DNA of 64,000 bases from Rhizomicrobium sp. (GTDB lineage: Bacteria > Pseudomonadota > Alphaproteobacteria > Micropepsales > Micropepsaceae): assembly GCA_036569005.1 (NCBI GenBank), contig DATCRK010000070.1:20534-84533 (forward strand), read 5' to 3'. This document shows, piece by piece, positions 59,451 through 64,000 of the stretch. The notes under the pieces were generated by a model. The model was not told the DNA's origin. It saw nothing but the letters and a program-made list of their open reading frames with translations, and made no database searches. The translations under genes and the position numbers were made by a program. Position 1 is the stretch's first letter. Every line of letters starts with the position of its first letter.

Positions 59451-59675
59451 CTACTTCTTTTTCTTCTTGCCGCCCTTGCGCTTTTTGCCCTTGGCCTTCT
59501 TCGGGACTTTTTTGCCCTTCGCGCGCGCCTCGGAAAGGCCGATGGCGATCGCCTGCTTGCGGCTCTTCACCTTGCCGCCTTTGCCGCCCTTGCCGCTGCG
59601 CAGCGTGCCTTTCTTCTCTTTCTTCACCGCACGTTCGACGTCCTTGCTCGCGCTTTTGGAATACTTTCGCGCCAT
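59451..59675 (-). CDS. hyper-basic small protein (possibly DUF6496/KGG-repeat-like)
   Basis: 74 aa. GKGGKGGKVKSRKQAIAIGLSEA core and a KKAKGKKRKGGKKKKK tail. Stop lies 16 nt upstream of the ligase start. Confidence 0.6.
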   Translation of the reverse strand: MARKYSKSASKDVERAVKKEKKGTLRSGKGGKGGKVKSRKQAIAIGLSEARAKGKKVPKKAKGKKRKGGKKKKK

Positions 59676-59769
59676 TCTTTCCTCCTGACTGGCACTGGCT
59701 CGTCAATTCAACCGGCGAGAGCGGGAACCGGTTCCCGATTCCATCGGTTTCGTCGTCAGGGAGAGCCCG

Positions 59770-60372
59770 ATGTCCATCTTCGAAGACGCCAAGAAACTCG
59801 GCGAGAAAGCGACCGGCATCGGCCGCCCAGATCCGAGCGCGATCGTCGTGCGCGACATCGAGCCTGAAGAGCATACGTTCCGCGACGATGGCGAGACACC
59901 GAACAATCAGAAATTCCCATTCCTGATTTATCGGCAGGCCGTGGTGCTCGACAACAAGCACGATCCCGCCGCGATCTTCGAGGAACTCTTCGCGAAGAAC
60001 GGCTGGGGCAGATCCTGGCGCAACAGCATCTACGACTTCCTGCACTTCCACACGCACACCCATGAAGTGCTCGGCATCGCGCGCGGCTCGGCGCGCGTGC
60101 AGTTCGGCGGCAAGCACGGGCCGGTCCTCGACGTGAAAGCCGGCGACGTGATTGTGCATCCCGCCGGCACCGGCCACGAACGGATCGGTCCGCCGGACAA
60201 CCTGCTGGTCGTCGGCGCCTATCCCTTGGGTGCTGGCGGCGGCAACTATGACCAGCCGGAGCCCGAAGACCTCCCCCATGAGGAGGCACGCGCCGCGGTC
60301 GATGCCGTCCCTGCGCCGCAGAACGACCCTGTGTTCGGGAATGACGGTCCGCTCGTCCGGTTGTGGCGCTGA
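59770..60372 (+). CDS. cupin domain protein (YjlB-like)
   Basis: FLHFHTHTHEVLGIARGSARVQFGG...GDVIVHPAGTGHE. 200 aa. Confidence 0.8.
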   Translation: MSIFEDAKKLGEKATGIGRPDPSAIVVRDIEPEEHTFRDDGETPNNQKFPFLIYRQAVVLDNKHDPAAIFEELFAKNGWGRSWRNSIYDFLHFHTHTHEVLGIARGSARVQFGGKHGPVLDVKAGDVIVHPAGTGHERIGPPDNLLVVGAYPLGAGGGNYDQPEPEDLPHEEARAAVDAVPAPQNDPVFGNDGPLVRLWR

Positions 60373-60581
60373 AACCCACACATTCCGTAGCCGGATCGCC
60401 TAATTCGCTGAATTGACTCGGGAAATAGGAATTCGGCCCAAAATATTGGGCGGCTAGGCATATTTAGGTTTTTACACTTTCTTAACCACATTCCCTAGTC
60501 AGACTCGGACCTCGCGCGTATCTTCTTGATTCCAATGGTGATTCGCCGCCAGACCGGGGCGAAATTGGGGGAACGGCGTTA

Positions 60582-62996
60582 ATGCGTCCCAGTGGGGGGC
60601 CAAAAGGAAGCCGAATGGCTGGGAGAGGAAGGGTGCTCGCGGGCGTTGCAGCGCTTGCTGCTCTCGCACCCGCGCCTGCCTTCGCCGCCTCCACCGCCCT
60701 CGACGAAACCACGATGGTTGCAGTCGCCGTCGGCACCGGTGCGGTGGCACTCGCCGTTGCCGCCGGATTGTGGGCCCTCGCCGAACAACACATCTCGCTG
60801 CGATTGCGCGCTGCGCTGCGCGGCGCGAACGCCCGCATGCGTGCTTCCGCCAGCGCGCGCGACGCGCTGATCACTGCCGGCAAAGAACCGCTCATCGTGT
60901 GGGGCCGCGACGGATCGGCGTCGCATTCCTACGCAGGCGCCGAAGCACTTCTGGATTCCTGTCTCGAAGGCGCAAACGCGACGGAGCTTTCCCAAGCCAT
61001 CGACGCATTGAGCGATCAGGGTGTGCCGTTCCAGCTTACCGCGCATGACCGCAACGATCGCCCGGTGAAGCTGCGCGGCCGCGCCGTCGGCAGCATGGCG
61101 GCGGTGTGGCTGGAGCCGGAAGACACTACGGTCAAGGAAGCCGCGCCGGATTTCCGCGCGGTGCTCGACGCACTGCCCATTCCGGTGTGGCTGCGCGACA
61201 AGACGCTGTCGCTGGTCTGGGGCAACCGCGCCTTCGCCGCCGCCGCGGGTGCATCGGATGCGGAATTCGCGGCAGGGCTGCAAACTGCGCTCGACCGCAG
61301 CGAGCGCGATCTCGCCGCCACCGCCCGCGCCGAAGGGCGCACCACCGAAGCCAAGCGCTTCGCCATCATGGGCGGCCAGCGCCGCGCCCTCGCCTTCACG
61401 CACACGCCCATCGAAGACGGCCGCATCGTCGGCAGCGCCATCGACGTCACCGACGTCTCCAACGCCGAAGCCAAGCTGCAGCAGCATGTCGATGCCAATG
61501 CCGACACGCTGGACAAGCTGGCCACCGCCGTCGCCATCTTCGGCCGCGATCAGAAGCTGACGTTCTTCAACCGCGCCTTCCTGAAACTTTGGAATCTGCC
61601 GGACAATTGGCTCGATACGCATCCGACGGCCGGTGAAATCCTCGACCGTTTGCGCGAAGCGCGCCGGTTGCCGGAACAGCGCGACTATCAGGCGTGGAAG
61701 CGCGCCTGGCTCGCCATGTTCGAAGCGCCGAGCGAGAACCATTCCGAAGAACTCTGGCACCTGCCCGACGGCAAAACGCTGCGCATCGTTCCGCAGCCGC
61801 ATCCCTTCGGCGGGCTCACCTTCCTGTTCGAGGACGTGACCGAGAAGATCTCGCTCGAAAGCTCCTACAACCAGCTCATCAAGGTGCAGTCCGCGACGCT
61901 GGATACGCTGCAGGAAGCCGTCGCGGTGTTCGGCCCCGATGGCCGCATGAAGCTGCACAACGCCGCCTTCGCACGCATCTGGAACATGGAGCCTGCGGAG
62001 CTTTCCGGCGAACCGCACATCAACCGCATCGCGCAGACCTGCATCGACCGTTTCGGCGATGAGGCGGAATGGCAGAAGCTCGTCGCCGCCATCTCCTCCG
62101 GCTCCACGCGCAGCCGCGATTTCGGCGAGATCGAGCGCAACGACGACAGCATCGTCTCCGTCTCGCTGGCGCCGCTGCCGGACGGCGCGACGCTCGTCAC
62201 CTTCGCGGATGTAACCGATCGTTTCCGCATCGAAAGCGCATTGCGCGATCGCAACGAGGCGCTGGAAGCGGCGGACCAGCTCAAGTCCGATTTCGTGCAT
62301 CATGCCTCGTTCCTGTTCCGCGATCCGCTGAACGCCGTGCGCGGCTTCGCGGACATGCTGGCGGCGGGCGTCGCAGGCGAACTCAGTGGCAAGCAGGCCG
62401 AATATGTGCGCGACATTCTTTCGGCCGCGGAGAAGCTCTCCGAAGTCACCAGCGACATTCTCGATCTGGCGATGATCGACAGCGGCACCATGCGGCTGGA
62501 ATTGGCGCGCGTGGATCTCTACGAACTTCTGCAGCGCGTCTCCGAGCCCTTGCGCCAGCACAGCGAAAGCCTGGACATCACCTTCACGCTGGATGTGCGG
62601 CAGGATATCGGACAGGTCGTCGTCGATCCGCGGCGCGTCAGCCAGATCGTGTTCAACCTGCTCTCCAACGCTTTCCGCTTCACGCCCCGCGGCGGGCGCA
62701 TCACGCTGGGTGCGGACATCGTCGCCGATGACGTGCAGATCTACGTGCAGGACTCCGGTCCCGGCATCGCGGAGGAGATGAAGGCGCAGGTGTTCGAGCG
62801 CTTCAGCGCCAAGAGCCGCGAAGGCAAGCGCGCGGGCGCAGGCCTCGGCCTCGCACTCGTCAACCGCTTCGTCGAGCTGCATGACGGCTGGGTGGAAATC
62901 GAAAGCGCGCCGGGACAAGGCACCCTGGTGCGCGCGCATCTGCCCCGCCGCCTGCCCGACGGCGCGCCGCCGACCGATCAAAGAAACGTGGCGTAA
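60582..62996 (+). CDS. membrane-anchored multi-PAS sensor histidine kinase
   Basis: N-terminal TM segments and repeated PAS-like blocks (LDALPIPVWLRD, LDKLATAVAIFG, LDTLQEAVAVFG). Divergent H-box SDFVHHASFLFRDPLNAV. N-box LLSNAFRFTP, DSGPGI, GLGLALV. No receiver domain. Confidence 0.88.
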   Translation: MRPSGGPKGSRMAGRGRVLAGVAALAALAPAPAFAASTALDETTMVAVAVGTGAVALAVAAGLWALAEQHISLRLRAALRGANARMRASASARDALITAGKEPLIVWGRDGSASHSYAGAEALLDSCLEGANATELSQAIDALSDQGVPFQLTAHDRNDRPVKLRGRAVGSMAAVWLEPEDTTVKEAAPDFRAVLDALPIPVWLRDKTLSLVWGNRAFAAAAGASDAEFAAGLQTALDRSERDLAATARAEGRTTEAKRFAIMGGQRRALAFTHTPIEDGRIVGSAIDVTDVSNAEAKLQQHVDANADTLDKLATAVAIFGRDQKLTFFNRAFLKLWNLPDNWLDTHPTAGEILDRLREARRLPEQRDYQAWKRAWLAMFEAPSENHSEELWHLPDGKTLRIVPQPHPFGGLTFLFEDVTEKISLESSYNQLIKVQSATLDTLQEAVAVFGPDGRMKLHNAAFARIWNMEPAELSGEPHINRIAQTCIDRFGDEAEWQKLVAAISSGSTRSRDFGEIERNDDSIVSVSLAPLPDGATLVTFADVTDRFRIESALRDRNEALEAADQLKSDFVHHASFLFRDPLNAVRGFADMLAAGVAGELSGKQAEYVRDILSAAEKLSEVTSDILDLAMIDSGTMRLELARVDLYELLQRVSEPLRQHSESLDITFTLDVRQDIGQVVVDPRRVSQIVFNLLSNAFRFTPRGGRITLGADIVADDVQIYVQDSGPGIAEEMKAQVFERFSAKSREGKRAGAGLGLALVNRFVELHDGWVEIESAPGQGTLVRAHLPRRLPDGAPPTDQRNVA

Positions 62997-63112
62997 CTTT
63001 TCCTCCCCCGTTTACGGGGGAGGTGTCGAGCGCAGCGAGACAGAGGGGGCCTTCTGCATTGCCCCCTCCACCGCTTCGCGGTCCCCCTCCCCCGTAAAAC
63101 GGGGGAGGAAAA
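62995..63112. repeat. triple-hairpin intergenic element, family B
   Basis: AACTTTTCCTCCCCCGTTTACGGGGGAGG ... GAGGGGGCC..GCCCCCTCC ... CCCTCCCCCGTAAAACGGGGGAGGAAAAA, between convergent genes. Confidence 0.85.
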
Positions 63113-63113
63113 A

Positions 63114-63962
63114 TCAACTCTGCAGCCAGGCCAGCAGATCGGCGTTGATCTTTTCGTGCTGCGTCGTCGGCATGCCGTGCGGGAAGTCTTCGTAGGTGAT
63201 GAGCGTGCCTTTCTGCAGCAGCGCCGCGGACTTCGGGCCGGAGTCGGCATAGGGCACGACCTGATCACCTTTGGAATGCATCACCAGCCCCGGCACCGTG
63301 ATCTTCTTCAGGTCTTCGGTGAAATCGGTTTCCGAGAACGCTTTCACGCAATCGTAGTGGGCCTTCACGCCGCCCATCATGCCCTGCCGCCACCAATTGT
63401 CGACGATGCCGGGAATGGTTTTCACGCCGGGCTTGTTGAAATTGTAGAACGGCCCTTCCGGCACATCGCGGAAGAATTGCGCGCGGTTGAACGCCGTCTG
63501 CACGCGGAACGGATCGAACACGGAGCGCGGCAGCCCTTCCGGATTGGCGTCCGTCTTCAGCATCAAAGGCGGCACCGCGCTGATCAGCACGACGCGGGCG
63601 ACACGTTCCGGATAGCGTGCGGCGTAATGCACGACCTCGCCGCCGCCGGTGGAATGGCCGACATGGATGGCGTTCGTCAGGCCCAGATGCGCCGTCAGCG
63701 CCGCAAGATCGGCGGCGTAATGATCCATGTCGTTGCCGGTGTTCGTTTGCGTCGAGCGTCCATGTCCGCGCCGGTCATGCGCGATCGCGCGATAACCGTG
63801 CTGCAGGAAGAACATCATCTGCGCGTCCCAGTCGTCCGCCGACAGCGGCCAGCCGTGGCTGAACACGATCGGCTGACCGGAGCCCCAATCCTTGTAGTAG
63901 ATCCTCACACCATCGCTCGTCGTGACGTAACCGTCTTCCATGCGCGTATGCGACATTGTCAT
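63114..63962 (-). CDS. alpha/beta hydrolase (non-heme haloperoxidase/arylesterase family)
   Basis: [37 protein letters not shown], nucleophile elbow GHSTGGGE. 282 aa. Confidence 0.88.
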   Translation of the reverse strand: MTMSHTRMEDGYVTTSDGVRIYYKDWGSGQPIVFSHGWPLSADDWDAQMMFFLQHGYRAIAHDRRGHGRSTQTNTGNDMDHYAADLAALTAHLGLTNAIHVGHSTGGGEVVHYAARYPERVARVVLISAVPPLMLKTDANPEGLPRSVFDPFRVQTAFNRAQFFRDVPEGPFYNFNKPGVKTIPGIVDNWWRQGMMGGVKAHYDCVKAFSETDFTEDLKKITVPGLVMHSKGDQVVPYADSGPKSAALLQKGTLITYEDFPHGMPTTQHEKINADLLAWLQS

Positions 63963-64000
63963 CGGCGTTGCCTTTTTCGGCGCCGCTTCGACAGAGCCCG

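Noticed and set aside
60579-62981. An 800-aa ORF on the minus strand that almost exactly mirrors the PAS histidine kinase CDS.
   Set aside because: Its composition is Arg/Ala/Gly/His-rich low complexity with no recognisable motifs. The plus-strand frame carries complete kinase motifs. This is a typical stop-codon-poor shadow ORF of a high-GC gene.

Overview
This is a high-GC, densely coding chromosomal segment that looks alphaproteobacterial. The chvI-chvG-hprK-EIIA-HPr synteny, the carB-greA linkage and the nested palindromic intergenic repeats suggest Hyphomicrobiales (Bradyrhizobiaceae/Nitrobacteraceae-like), but that is inference only. I call about 70 protein genes, most of them core housekeeping. 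They include rlmN, thiC behind a TPP riboswitch, acs, murJ, carB, greA, ahcY and the ChvI/ChvG two-component system with the truncated PTS regulatory module. There are three ABC systems: YadG/YadH-like, YbbA/YbbP-like with a divergent TesA-like esterase, and GldA/F/G-like plus a DUF4340-like protein. The rest are SDR, GNAT, cupin and hydrolase genes and small membrane proteins. I saw no rRNA, tRNA, CRISPR array, transposase, integrase or phage gene. Intergenic space is dominated by four families of nested palindromic REP/MITE-like elements, which also create many spurious ORFs. I did not find a clear-cut defence island or an unambiguous new system. The loci most worth a second look are listed below.
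- The translationally coupled GldAFG-like ABC / DUF4340-like / Rieske oxygenase five-gene unit.
- A hyper-basic 74-aa protein gene directly upstream of a stand-alone ATP-dependent DNA ligase.
- An unknown secreted protein apparently co-transcribed with thiC under the TPP riboswitch.
- A six-gene overlapping chain that ends in a PAS_5-like protein and an FMN reductase.
- A small low-GC islet beside acs.
All functional calls come from reading the translated ORFs by eye for motifs and family resemblance. No searches were run, so family names are hypotheses to confirm.
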